NCBI GenBank assembly: GCA_003141895.1
Contig: PLNT01000036.1
Coordinates: forward strand, 53,195 to 117,194
Length of the DNA stretch: 64,000 nucleotides
Source: Bacteroidales bacterium
GTDB lineage: Bacteria > Bacteroidota > Bacteroidia > Bacteroidales > VadinHA17
Direction of reading: 5' to 3'
This document shows positions 48,195 to 57,543 of this stretch, in pieces. The notes beneath the pieces are model-generated. The model ran no database searches. It was not told the DNA's origin and saw only the letters and a program-made list of their open reading frames with translations. Position 1 is the stretch's first letter. The number at the start of each line of letters is the position of its first letter. The position numbers and the translations under genes were made by a program.

Positions 48195-48989
48195 TTATAA
48201 ATCAATTGATTGTGCAATAAGTTCAGCAATGTCAAGATTCCTGATCTCTTGTTCTTTGTTTTTATACTTAAGACCATCCGTAAGCATGGTCATACAGAAA
48301 GGACAGGCTGTGGCAATCACACCTGCACCGGTATTGAGTGCGTCTTCGGTCCTTTCAATAAATACTTCCTTGTTACCCTTTTCAGCCTCTTTAAACATCT
48401 GGGCACCACCTGCTCCACAACATAAAGCAAAACTTTTATTCCTGTGCATTTCCACAACATTACCGGTAAGTTTACTGAGGATGTTCCGGGGTTCATCATA
48501 CACATCATTTGCTCTTCCCAGATAACAGGGATCGTGATAAGTTATTGTAATGTTATCTAATGATTTCCTGTCGATTTTTAATTTACCTTCTTCAATATAC
48601 CTGTTCAGGAACTGAAGATAATTGACAACCTCATAGTTGCCTCCAAGATCGGGATATTCATTTTTAAAGATGTTAAAACAATGCGGGCAGATGGTAATTA
48701 TTTTTTTCACTTCATACATTTTGAATATCCCGATAAGCTGAAGCGCCTGCATTTGGTAAAGCATTTCATTGCCGGCCCGTCGGGCAGGATCACCATTACA
48801 AGTCTCTTCTTTCCCAAGAACGGCATAGCTGACATTAAGATGAGCAAGTATCTTTGCAAAAGCCTTAATAACTTTCTTGTATCTGTCATCGAATGCCCCT
48901 GCACAACCCACCCAGAATAAATATTCCGGTTTCTCACCTTTCGCAAAGAGATCTGCCATTACAGGTACATCAATTTTCCGGGTTTCCAT
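48195..48989 (-). CDS. CCG-domain (HdrD/GlpC-like) Fe-S protein
   Basis: Cys-rich CCG motifs are 'WVGCAGAFD', 'ICPHCFN', 'ALCCGAGG' and 'ACPFCMTM'. Confidence 0.8.
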   Translation of the reverse strand: METRKIDVPVMADLFAKGEKPEYLFWVGCAGAFDDRYKKVIKAFAKILAHLNVSYAVLGKEETCNGDPARRAGNEMLYQMQALQLIGIFKMYEVKKIITICPHCFNIFKNEYPDLGGNYEVVNYLQFLNRYIEEGKLKIDRKSLDNITITYHDPCYLGRANDVYDEPRNILSKLTGNVVEMHRNKSFALCCGAGGAQMFKEAEKGNKEVFIERTEDALNTGAGVIATACPFCMTMLTDGLKYKNKEQEIRNLDIAELIAQSIDL

Positions 48990-49024
48990 TTTTATTCCTT
49001 TCCCCTGTGTATTACAATTATAAT

Positions 49025-49123
49025 ATTTTTTACCCCCTTTCTTATTTCCCCCAAAGGGGAAAGGATAACTTATCTCCTTCCCCCTTGGGGGAAGTCCCGA
49101 TAGCTATCGGGAGGGAAGGGGGT
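49025..49123. repeat. GC-rich poly-C/poly-G multi-hairpin element
   Basis: It contains 'tttcccc..ggggaaa', the perfect pair 'cttcccc tt ggggaag' (49077-49094) and the perfect pair 'tcccgata gc tatcggga' (49095-49112). Confidence 0.6.
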
Positions 49124-50442
49124 CATTTTACATTCATTACTAAATCCTTAGCCCAATTCATCCTGTCTTCAGCTGAATATTGCCAGGGTGCACCATTATT
49201 TTCAATATTACTGAAAAGAGCTTTGATATCTTTAGGAGCTGATGCTTCCTCCATAACAAGGTATCTTCTCATGTCTACAATCAGTGTAGGATGATTTATG
49301 TTTATAGGACATTCTTTTGCACATGCATTACAAGTGGTGCAGGCCCAAAGTTCTTCTCCCGAAATAAAATCTCTAAGAAGGGAACGGTTATCATTGAAGT
49401 CTCTTCCGTTTTTTACCATCAGCGGACCTTTTTCATTCATTCTGGACCTCAGGTCCATAATCACTTTCCTTGGAGACAATTTTTTACCTGTGATATTTGC
49501 CGGACAAACAGAAGTACATCGTCCGCATTGTGTGCAGGCAAGGGAATCAAAATAATTTTTCCACGAAGCATCTTCTGCATCCTTTACACCAAATCTTTCC
49601 GGAGGTGTATCACCTGACGGAGCCGCAAAGGCTGTATTCGGATCAAGCATCAGCTTTACTTCACGTGTAATATTATCCATATTCGGAAGTTTACCCAGTG
49701 GGTCAAGCCTCGACAGAAATACATTTGGCACTGACATAAATACATGGAAATGCTTCGAATATGGTAACAAGTTGGCAAACAGAAATATCAGCAGAATATG
49801 TGACCACCATGAAGCCTCATATAATATCCGGTAATTATTTGCATGTCCATTGGTAATAAAATGTGAAATAAAAGTGCTGACCGGAAATACGCCTACCGAG
49901 GCTTCTCCTGTAATCGTTTTATATTCAATATATCCTGTATTCATAGCTAGTAATGAAACCATTAACAACAGGATTATCGAAAGGGCAATGTTAGCATCAA
50001 CGTGCGTCATTTTTTTCATTTCGATACCATCAAATCTTTTGATATGAAAAAATATGCGACGGGTAAGGAAGATAAGGATTGAAATTGCAACAAGAAGTGC
50101 AAAAATGTCACCAGATGCCATTATTATACTATAGACAGGACCGAGGACTTTAAGGACTCTTTCTGTTCCTGTCAGTCCGTCGATAACCATTTCAAGGCTC
50201 CCGAAAATTATAATGCAGAATCCCCAGAAAACGAGAGCATGAAAAAAACCAATAACAGGTCTTCGGAATATTTTTGTCTGGCCAAATGCAACTTTCATCA
50301 TTACTCCGAACCGCTTACCGAAATCTCTGACAGGAAATGCAGGTCTGGTAAATCTGAAAAAACTGATAACCCTTAGTGTAGTGTATGTAAATACTCCTAA
50401 AGTAATGAGTAATGTAATTGCGAATACTATCTGTTTCGTCAT
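49123..50442 (-). CDS. Membrane-anchored 2x[4Fe-4S] oxidoreductase subunit
   Basis: The N-terminus has about 6 TM helices. Ferredoxin motifs are 'CTQCGRCTSVCP' and 'CTTCNACAKECP'. Confidence 0.8.
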   Translation of the reverse strand: MTKQIVFAITLLITLGVFTYTTLRVISFFRFTRPAFPVRDFGKRFGVMMKVAFGQTKIFRRPVIGFFHALVFWGFCIIIFGSLEMVIDGLTGTERVLKVLGPVYSIIMASGDIFALLVAISILIFLTRRIFFHIKRFDGIEMKKMTHVDANIALSIILLLMVSLLAMNTGYIEYKTITGEASVGVFPVSTFISHFITNGHANNYRILYEASWWSHILLIFLFANLLPYSKHFHVFMSVPNVFLSRLDPLGKLPNMDNITREVKLMLDPNTAFAAPSGDTPPERFGVKDAEDASWKNYFDSLACTQCGRCTSVCPANITGKKLSPRKVIMDLRSRMNEKGPLMVKNGRDFNDNRSLLRDFISGEELWACTTCNACAKECPININHPTLIVDMRRYLVMEEASAPKDIKALFSNIENNGAPWQYSAEDRMNWAKDLVMNVK

Positions 50443-50460
50443 AATTCGAATTTTCCCTTT

Positions 50461-51429
50461 TTATTTCCTTATTTCCTTTACCGCTTCGACAAGTTTAGGC
50501 AAAACCTTCATAGCATCACCAACGATTCCGTATTGGGCTGCTTCAAAAATCGGAGCATCTTTATCGCTGTTTATGGCAACAATAAATTTTGAAGAGCTAA
50601 TTCCTGCCAGATGCTGGGTTGCACCCGATATACCAACTGCGATATACAGGTTAGGCGCTATAATTTTCCCTGTTTGCCCGGTATGTTCTTCATGCGGTCT
50701 CCAGCCTTCGTCTGATACCGGCCGTGAGCAAGCAGTTGCAGCTCCGAGTAAAGATGCTAGTTCAACAAGAGGTGCCCAGTTATCAGCTGATTTCATGCCT
50801 CTTCCTCCGGAAACAACAATATCTGCGTCTGTCAGCAGTATTTTACCTGTTTGTTTCTGCACATCTTTTATCACTGTTTTGAGTAATGAGGCATCAACAA
50901 CAGGATCAAAATTTTCAATTACCGGATTAACCTTATTTTCAATCAGGTCAAAGGAGTTTTGTGCAAGAGTAATGATTTTAACATCACTCTTAATAGCCTG
51001 ATGTGCAAATGCATTGCCTGAATAAGTTCTTTTATATACCACAAACGGATTAACACTTAAAGGAAGTCGGCTGACACCCGATCCAACACCAGCTTTAAGC
51101 CTTACAGATAACCGGGGAGCAATTGCTTTACCTGAATTGTTATTTGAAATAACTATAACAGTTGTATTTTCCTTTATTGCGACTTCAGCAATAACACTTG
51201 AATATGCCTGGTTATCGAGAGCAGCTAGTTTTTCATTATTAATGCTAATGATCTTGCTCGCCCCGTAATTGCCAAGCTTATTTAATTCGTCATTATCGAC
51301 TTTACCTATTGAAATTGCAGTTACCTGTGTATTCAGCATTTTAGCAACTCCGGTTGCATAAGATACGAGTTCGAATGAAAGTTTTTTAAATTTTCCATCC
51401 CAATTTTCGGTATATACTAATACTGACAT
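50461..51429 (-). CDS. etfA: Electron transfer flavoprotein alpha subunit
   Basis: It has the FAD-binding C-domain 'IVVSGGRG' and 'GQTGKIIAPNLYIAVGISGATQHLAG'. Confidence 0.9.
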   Translation of the reverse strand: MSVLVYTENWDGKFKKLSFELVSYATGVAKMLNTQVTAISIGKVDNDELNKLGNYGASKIISINNEKLAALDNQAYSSVIAEVAIKENTTVIVISNNNSGKAIAPRLSVRLKAGVGSGVSRLPLSVNPFVVYKRTYSGNAFAHQAIKSDVKIITLAQNSFDLIENKVNPVIENFDPVVDASLLKTVIKDVQKQTGKILLTDADIVVSGGRGMKSADNWAPLVELASLLGAATACSRPVSDEGWRPHEEHTGQTGKIIAPNLYIAVGISGATQHLAGISSSKFIVAINSDKDAPIFEAAQYGIVGDAMKVLPKLVEAVKEIRK

Positions 51430-51459
51430 ATAGTTTGGTTTAGGGTTATTTACTTATTC

Positions 51460-52209
51460 TCAGATTACTTTTGCTTCATTCTGTAACAGATCAAGAAGCT
51501 GTGCGGGATTATCAGCATCAATAAATTTACAGGCAGCACGCGGAACAGGTTTTTCAAATTCCACGATCTGAGTGAGAGGTTCAATTGCGACAGGTTCAAC
51601 GAGTTTTACCGGTTTAGTTCGGGCGAGCATGATACCCCGCATTGCAGCAATCCTGGGTTCTTTGGAGATTCCTTTTTGTACGATGGCAACAAGCGGAACC
51701 GGTACTGTTACAACTTCTTTTCCACCATCAATTTCCCTTATCATAACAGGTTGTCCATTCTCAAATTTTAAACCCGATACGGCTGAAACTGATGGAATAC
51801 CCAGAAATTCAGCAACCATACCTCCTACTACAGAACCATTATAATCACTTGATTCTATCCCGCACATTATTATATCATACTGCTCTTTCTTAACGACCTC
51901 AGCTATCTGGGCAGCTACAAACCATGCATCAGGAGAAACAGCATTTACTCTAATCGCATCATCAGCACCTATTGCAAGAGCTTTGCGGATTGTTGGTTCC
52001 GCCGATGCCGGACCGACATGAATAACCGTAACTGAATTTATTCCGCTTGTAGTATCATCCTTTAGTTCAAGAGCCCGGGTAAGAGACAATTCGTCCCATG
52101 GGTTAATGACCCATTGAATTCCGGTGGTGTCAATTGAAGTATTTCCTTCGGCAAATTTAATTTTTGTTGTTGTGTCGGGAACATTACTGATACAAACCAG
52201 GATTTTCAT
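51460..52209 (-). CDS. etfB: Electron transfer flavoprotein beta subunit
   Basis: It starts 'MKILVCISNVPDTTTKI', contains 'NPWDELSLTRALELK', and lies adjacent to etfA. Confidence 0.9.
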   Translation of the reverse strand: MKILVCISNVPDTTTKIKFAEGNTSIDTTGIQWVINPWDELSLTRALELKDDTTSGINSVTVIHVGPASAEPTIRKALAIGADDAIRVNAVSPDAWFVAAQIAEVVKKEQYDIIMCGIESSDYNGSVVGGMVAEFLGIPSVSAVSGLKFENGQPVMIREIDGGKEVVTVPVPLVAIVQKGISKEPRIAAMRGIMLARTKPVKLVEPVAIEPLTQIVEFEKPVPRAACKFIDADNPAQLLDLLQNEAKVI

Positions 52210-52419
52210 CTAAAATTGAGTTTTAGTTAACTTGTTACAAATTGTTTAATAGAATCATTTCAACCCATGAGGCGGCAAATATAATAATTTATGATTCACT
52301 ATCAAATCATCGAAATATCATTGTTAACATGTATTCGAAATATTTTCTGAACATAACTCGTTCTTTTCCTTATAATTAGTTTTTTAATAAATGGTATGTT
52401 TTAATTAAAGTCGAAAGAG

Positions 52420-52550
52420 GTCGGCCCCCTCTGGCTTCGTGGGGTCCCCCTTTCCTCGTCAGGCTCGGAAGGGGGACTAATTCGGACAATTTATTGAATT
52501 AACTAAAAAACAAAGAATTAACCCCCCTTTAGGGGCACAGGGGGGCAAAT
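52420..52550. repeat. GC-rich poly-C/poly-G hairpin elements
   Basis: It contains 'gtccccctttcc ... ggaagggggac' (52444-52477) and 'cccccctttaggggcacagggggg' (52522-52545). Confidence 0.55.
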
Positions 52551-52667
52551 GAATCTTTGTGGTTAACGGTATTCAGTTTTGAAAAGAAATTCTATAATAC
52601 TTGTCCGGTTTTAACAATTTAAGATATAAATTCGCAGCACCAAAACCGAGATATAAAACATTCAAAA

Positions 52668-53591
52668 TTGAATACAAAAGTAAAGACATATGTGGCTGTA
52701 GTATTGTCCATGATCTTCTGGGCATTCTCATTCATCTGGTTTAAGGATGCTAACAAAACGTTCCATCCGATAACAATTGTCTTTATCAGGTTATTGTTTT
52801 CAGTAGTCATAATGACGGTTTTTCTGGTTTTGACCAAAAATTACATGAAGATTAAAAAATCTGACCGTAAACTGTTCCTGATGCTTGCCCTGTTTGAACC
52901 TTTCTTTTATTTTCTGGGTGAGAGTTTTGGTCTGACATATGTCTCAGCAACGGTATGTTCCGTAATGATATCAACCATACCGGTTATTGCAACAATTGGT
53001 GCATGGCTGATATTTAAAGAAAAGTTGAAAATAATTAATTATGCAGGAATAATCCTTTCATTTATAGGGGTCCTCGTATTTATCCTTAACCGCGATGGTA
53101 GTATTTCTTTTAATATAAAAGGACTGGGATTCCTGATCCTTGCGGTTATATCAGCAGTCGGCTACAATCTTACTCTGAGCAGGCTTGTCGGAACTTACTC
53201 TCCGGTCTATATAGTTAATGTTCAGAATATTATCGGAGCAGTACTCTTCCTTCCTCTTTTCTTGATTTTCGATTTCAAACATTTCAGCACTGTCTCTTTA
53301 ACTTTTGACATGTTCATACCGATTATTGAGCTTTCCTTTTTATGTTCCTGCGGGGCTTTCATTCTTTTTGCTTATTCAGTCAGAGAGATGGGAATAACGA
53401 AAGCAAATGTTTTTTCAAATTGTATTCCTGTATTCACAGCTCTTTTTTCATTCTGGCTTCTTGGGGAAAAGCTTACTTTTCAGAATATTACCGGAATGGC
53501 AATAGTGATAGCCGGACTGTTTATGTCACAGATGAACGGAAGAAATAAAAATATCGATGAAGCTCTGGCTCTTACCGGCAAAACAGCCTGA
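52668..53591 (+). CDS. DMT-superfamily (EamA-type) transporter
   Basis: It has about 10 TM segments and a duplicated EamA-like layout ('VVLSMIFWAFSFIW'). Confidence 0.8.
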   Translation: MNTKVKTYVAVVLSMIFWAFSFIWFKDANKTFHPITIVFIRLLFSVVIMTVFLVLTKNYMKIKKSDRKLFLMLALFEPFFYFLGESFGLTYVSATVCSVMISTIPVIATIGAWLIFKEKLKIINYAGIILSFIGVLVFILNRDGSISFNIKGLGFLILAVISAVGYNLTLSRLVGTYSPVYIVNVQNIIGAVLFLPLFLIFDFKHFSTVSLTFDMFIPIIELSFLCSCGAFILFAYSVREMGITKANVFSNCIPVFTALFSFWLLGEKLTFQNITGMAIVIAGLFMSQMNGRNKNIDEALALTGKTA

Positions 53592-53677
53592 CAGACTCTG
53601 ACTCTGTTCATTAAAACTTAATTTCTTATTCGGGACAATTAAATAAATCAAACTATCTTTGGTATGTATCAATTTTC

Positions 53678-54709
53678 ATGAAAAAAGAAGTCCTGATTTT
53701 TTCCTTGTTCATTCTGATTACTTCTCCTTGCTTTTCTCAGACAGGTGGTAATAATGTATACGAATTTCTTAACCTCACCCATTCAGGACTTGTCTCATCG
53801 TTAGGAGGTACAAATGTTTCTTTGCATGGAAGCAATCTTAATCTGGCGTACCACAATCCAGCTCTCCTGGATTCAGCAATGAACAATAGTCTGGCGTTAA
53901 ATTTTGTAAATTATTTCGCGGGTATTAATTACGGACTTGCAATATATTCAAAAACGTTTAGCGGTATCGGAAATTTTGCGGCAGGTTTAACTTACCTTAA
54001 TTATGGTTCTTTTATTGAAACGGATATTTCAGGAAATATAACAGGTAATTTCCATGCAGCTGAATATTCCCTGCCGATTATTTACTCACGTGAAATCGAT
54101 TCACTCTTTACTGTAGGAGTTATTTTTAAACCGGTATTATCTCAGCTTGAAAAATATAACTCAATAGGTTTCGCATTCGACTTCGGTGCATCGTGGCATA
54201 ACAGGATTGATCTTTTTTCCGCAGGAATAGTAATCAGAAATATTGGCTATGAAGTTACTACCTACGCCGGTGAAGCACGACTTGGATTGCCTTTTGAGAT
54301 TCAGGCAGGCGTTTCGCAAAAACTTCCTCACGCTCCGTTCAGATTTTCACTCACGCTCAGACATCTTGAAAAATTTGATCTGACTTATCAATACAATAAT
54401 GATGTAACCTCAGAGAATAATAAAGTATCGTCAGGTTTTTTCGAAAATTCCATGAGACATGTTATACTCGGTGTCGAACTTATCCCTCATAAGAACTTTT
54501 ATGTAAGTGCAGGTTATAATTACCAGAGAAGAAGAGAGCTTGAAATTGAATCGAAAGTCTCGACAGTTGGATTTTCCTGGGGTTTTGGAATTAATACATC
54601 ATTCCTGAACATTGAGTTCGGCAGGGCTACTTATCATCTTGCAGGTTCTTCAAATAGCATTTCCTTAATTTTAAGACCTGATCTTATCTATAAAAGAAAC
54701 CGGAACTAG
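53678..54709 (+). CDS. Outer-membrane beta-barrel protein, PorQ/PorP-SprF-like (type IX secretion associated), tentative
   Basis: It has a signal peptide. The N-terminal 'GGNNVYEFLNLTHSGLVSSLGG' resembles the PorQ-family start. Its position next to cmk is a neighbourhood I recall for porQ. Confidence 0.45.
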   Translation: MKKEVLIFSLFILITSPCFSQTGGNNVYEFLNLTHSGLVSSLGGTNVSLHGSNLNLAYHNPALLDSAMNNSLALNFVNYFAGINYGLAIYSKTFSGIGNFAAGLTYLNYGSFIETDISGNITGNFHAAEYSLPIIYSREIDSLFTVGVIFKPVLSQLEKYNSIGFAFDFGASWHNRIDLFSAGIVIRNIGYEVTTYAGEARLGLPFEIQAGVSQKLPHAPFRFSLTLRHLEKFDLTYQYNNDVTSENNKVSSGFFENSMRHVILGVELIPHKNFYVSAGYNYQRRRELEIESKVSTVGFSWGFGINTSFLNIEFGRATYHLAGSSNSISLILRPDLIYKRNRN

Positions 54710-54732
54710 AAAATTGTACTATGTATTATATT

Positions 54733-54796
54733 GAGGTTGAGGCTGAGGTTGAGGCTTAGAATTCTCAACCTCAACCTTAACCTTAACCTGTTTTTT
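54733..54796 (+). terminator. Hexamer-repeat hairpin terminator
   Basis: (gaggyt)x4, then loop 'tagaattc', then (tyaacc)x4, followed by 'tgtttttt'. Confidence 0.65.
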
Positions 54797-54919
54797 AAGC
54801 GATAGTGATGTGTATAAAATCATTAGTGTTCCTTCGTGATCCCGAGTAAACGGGATTGTGTACCTTTGTGGTTAATTTTTTTAAAAATAAAGTAACTCGA
54901 AGGGGAGTCATCAGAAAAA

Positions 54920-55615
54920 ATGGAAAAGAGACTGATTATAGCCATTGATGGATATTCATCTTGTGGAAAGAGCACGTACGCGCGATTAATTGCGAAAGAG
55001 CTGAACTATATATTCATCGATAGCGGAGCAATGTATCGTGCTGTTACACTTTATTGTATGAGAAGGAATTTTATAAGTATAACTGCGATGAATACCCGGA
55101 GTATACTTTCCGAACTTAAAGATATTCATATTGACTTTGTTTTTAATCCCGATATAAACGAATACGAAACTTTTCTCAATTCTGAGAATGTAGAGACGGA
55201 AATAAGAAATATGGCTGTAACTTCATACGTAAGCAGAATAAGTCAGATCCAGGAAGTCCGCCAACGGATGGTCGAAATGCAGAGACAAATAGGGATCTCT
55301 AAAGGAATTGTGATGGATGGCAGGGATATTGGTACAGTTGTTTTTCCTGATGCAGATATAAAGATCTTCATGACTGCTTCAGTAGATATCAGGGCCAAAA
55401 GAAGACATAACGAGTTGAAAGAAAAAGGAGTAAATATCGATTTCGAAGAGATCAAGAGAACAATAATAGCACGTGATATCGCCGATGAAAACAGGGATAT
55501 CAGTCCCCTGAGAAGGGCCGATGATGCTATTATTCTTGATAACAGCCGCATGACAATTGAAGAACAAATGGTATGGATAAAAGATATCATTGATAGAAAA
55601 CGAAATGATAGTTGA
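54920..55615 (+). CDS. cmk: Cytidylate kinase
   Basis: It has the P-loop 'IAIDGYSSCGKST', plus 'IDSGAMYRAVT' and 'GRDIGTVVFPDA'. Confidence 0.9.
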   Translation: MEKRLIIAIDGYSSCGKSTYARLIAKELNYIFIDSGAMYRAVTLYCMRRNFISITAMNTRSILSELKDIHIDFVFNPDINEYETFLNSENVETEIRNMAVTSYVSRISQIQEVRQRMVEMQRQIGISKGIVMDGRDIGTVVFPDADIKIFMTASVDIRAKRRHNELKEKGVNIDFEEIKRTIIARDIADENRDISPLRRADDAIILDNSRMTIEEQMVWIKDIIDRKRNDS

Positions 55616-56480
55616 AATAGACAAACAGTCAGGCTTCTGTTTTGGCGTTCAAAATGCCGTTGAAATAGCGGAAAAAGCTCTTTTGAACGGTGAAAAAGTC
55701 TTTTCACTAGGTCCGATAGTCCATAATGATAAGGAAGTTGACAGGCTTTCGTCCATGGGACTCGCATCAATCAATCATGAGAAATTTGGAAAACTGAAAA
55801 ACTGTAAAGTCCTTATAAGGGCTCACGGAGAGCCTCCGGAAACATACAGAATTGCTGAAAAAAACAACCTGACGATTATTGAAGCCACTTGCCCCATAGT
55901 AAAGAGACTCCAATCCAAGATTAAGGAGACTTGGCTCAGAACAAAGGAGGGTGCGGGTCAGGTTGTGATTTTTGGAAAGCCCGGTCACGCTGAAGTAGTT
56001 GGTCTGCTGGGACAGATAGACAATGAAGGCATTTTAGTTTCGGGACCAGATGATTTTTCAAAAATAGATATTTCAAAACCTGTCTATCTTTTTGCACAGA
56101 CTACTATGAGTGTAAAAGAATACAGCAATTTGTCAGATATTCTGAGGACAAAAATGGAAGAAAAAGGGATATTTGAACCTGGCAAAAGTCTGGTAATAAA
56201 CAAAACTATTTGTGGCCAGGTATCAAACCGGGAGCCGCACCTTAAAACATTTGCAAAGAAACACGATACAATTATTTTTGTCAGCGGCCGTGAAAGTTCA
56301 AATGGCAAAATGCTCTATTCTGTCTGCAAAAATGTAAATCCTGATACCCATTTCGTTTCAAGTCCCGATGAAATTGATAAATCGTGGTTCATTGGTAAAA
56401 ACTCTGTCGGTATCTGTGGTGCAACTTCAACACCTAAATGGCTCATTGAAAACATACGGGATATCATTTCAAATATCTGA
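55590..56480 (+). CDS. ispH: 4-hydroxy-3-methylbut-2-enyl diphosphate reductase
   Basis: It contains 'GFCFGVQNAV', 'GPIVHN', 'ATCPIV' and 'TICGQVSNRE'. The start may be the internal Met at 55605. Confidence 0.9.
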   Translation: MIENEMIVEIDKQSGFCFGVQNAVEIAEKALLNGEKVFSLGPIVHNDKEVDRLSSMGLASINHEKFGKLKNCKVLIRAHGEPPETYRIAEKNNLTIIEATCPIVKRLQSKIKETWLRTKEGAGQVVIFGKPGHAEVVGLLGQIDNEGILVSGPDDFSKIDISKPVYLFAQTTMSVKEYSNLSDILRTKMEEKGIFEPGKSLVINKTICGQVSNREPHLKTFAKKHDTIIFVSGRESSNGKMLYSVCKNVNPDTHFVSSPDEIDKSWFIGKNSVGICGATSTPKWLIENIRDIISNI

Positions 56481-56557
56481 GTATTGCAAAGTTCCGGCAT
56501 TTGTAAGGCTTAAAAAATTGTATTACATTTGTTGCCTTATTTTACACAAAATTATTT

Positions 56558-57538
56558 ATGGCAAAAATTAAAAGAATCGGGGTTCTGACATCAGGAGGCG
56601 ATGCCCCGGGAATGAATGCTGCCATTCGTGCCGTTGTACGAACAGCAGTTTATAACAAACTTGAAGTGGTAGGAATACGTCAGGGCTATCAGGGCCTGAT
56701 CGATGCAAATTTCTATCCTATTGAATCATCCGGGGTGAGTGACATTATCCAGAGGGGAGGAACAATATTAAAAACTGCCAGGTGTGAGGAATTCAGATCA
56801 TCTGAAGGCAGACTTAAAGCTTATAATAATCTGAAAACTGCACAAATTGATGGTGTGGTTGTAATTGGCGGAGACGGATCATTTACAGGGGCAAGGATTT
56901 TTAATGAGGAATACGACATACCATTTGTGGGGATCCCGGGAACAATAGATAATGATATCTATGGTACAGACTATACAATTGGTTATGACACGGCACTTAA
57001 TACAGTAGTGGAAGCCGTTGATAAGATCAGGGACACTGCAAGTGCCCATAACAGGATGTTTTTCGTGGAAGTGATGGGTGCAGAAGCAGGATTCATTGCA
57101 CTGTACAGCGGGATTGCAACCGGTGCCGAAGCCATTATAATACCCGAAATAAAAGGCTCTGAACAAAATCTGAAAGAAATGATTCAGGCCGGTAATTCAC
57201 GTAAAAAATCGAGCAATATTATTATTGTAGCCGAAGGCCATCAGGAAGGCGGCGCATTTGCTATGGCTGAGAAAGTAAAAGGTGATTTTAAAGATTATGA
57301 TGTGAGGGTATCAGTATTAGGACATCTCCAAAGAGGTGGATCACCTTCAGCAATCGACAGGGTTAATGCTAGCCGTTTGGGACATGCTGCTGTTGAGGCG
57401 CTGATCGATGATCAGAAGAGCGTGATGGTTGGCATTATGAATAATGAGATCACACTCGTTCCTTTCAGAAGAGCAGTCAAACTTCATAAAGATGTTAACC
57501 ATGACCTTGTTGAATTAGCCAAAATATTATCAGTTTAG
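56558..57538 (+). CDS. pfkA: ATP-dependent 6-phosphofructokinase
   Basis: It contains 'IGVLTSGGDAPGMNAAIRAVVR', 'GGDGSFTGA' and 'PGTIDNDI'. Confidence 0.9.
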   Translation: MAKIKRIGVLTSGGDAPGMNAAIRAVVRTAVYNKLEVVGIRQGYQGLIDANFYPIESSGVSDIIQRGGTILKTARCEEFRSSEGRLKAYNNLKTAQIDGVVVIGGDGSFTGARIFNEEYDIPFVGIPGTIDNDIYGTDYTIGYDTALNTVVEAVDKIRDTASAHNRMFFVEVMGAEAGFIALYSGIATGAEAIIIPEIKGSEQNLKEMIQAGNSRKKSSNIIIVAEGHQEGGAFAMAEKVKGDFKDYDVRVSVLGHLQRGGSPSAIDRVNASRLGHAAVEALIDDQKSVMVGIMNNEITLVPFRRAVKLHKDVNHDLVELAKILSV

Positions 57539-57543
57539 AAATT

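Noticed and set aside
50381-51001. 206 aa plus-strand ORF
   Set aside because: It is antisense to etfA, which has clear family motifs. This is a shadow ORF.
36386-52550. Possibility that the GC-rich repeats form a CRISPR array
   Set aside because: The copies are dispersed over kilobases in separate intergenic gaps. They are not regularly spaced direct repeats with unique spacers, and no cas genes are present.
52555-54876. Shared 12-mer 'ctttgtggttaa' at 52555 and 54865 as a specific repeat
   Set aside because: A single 12-mer recurrence is expected by chance in 64 kb, and the flanks do not align convincingly.
55243-55770. 175 aa minus-strand ORF
   Set aside because: It is antisense to cmk and ispH, both confidently identified.
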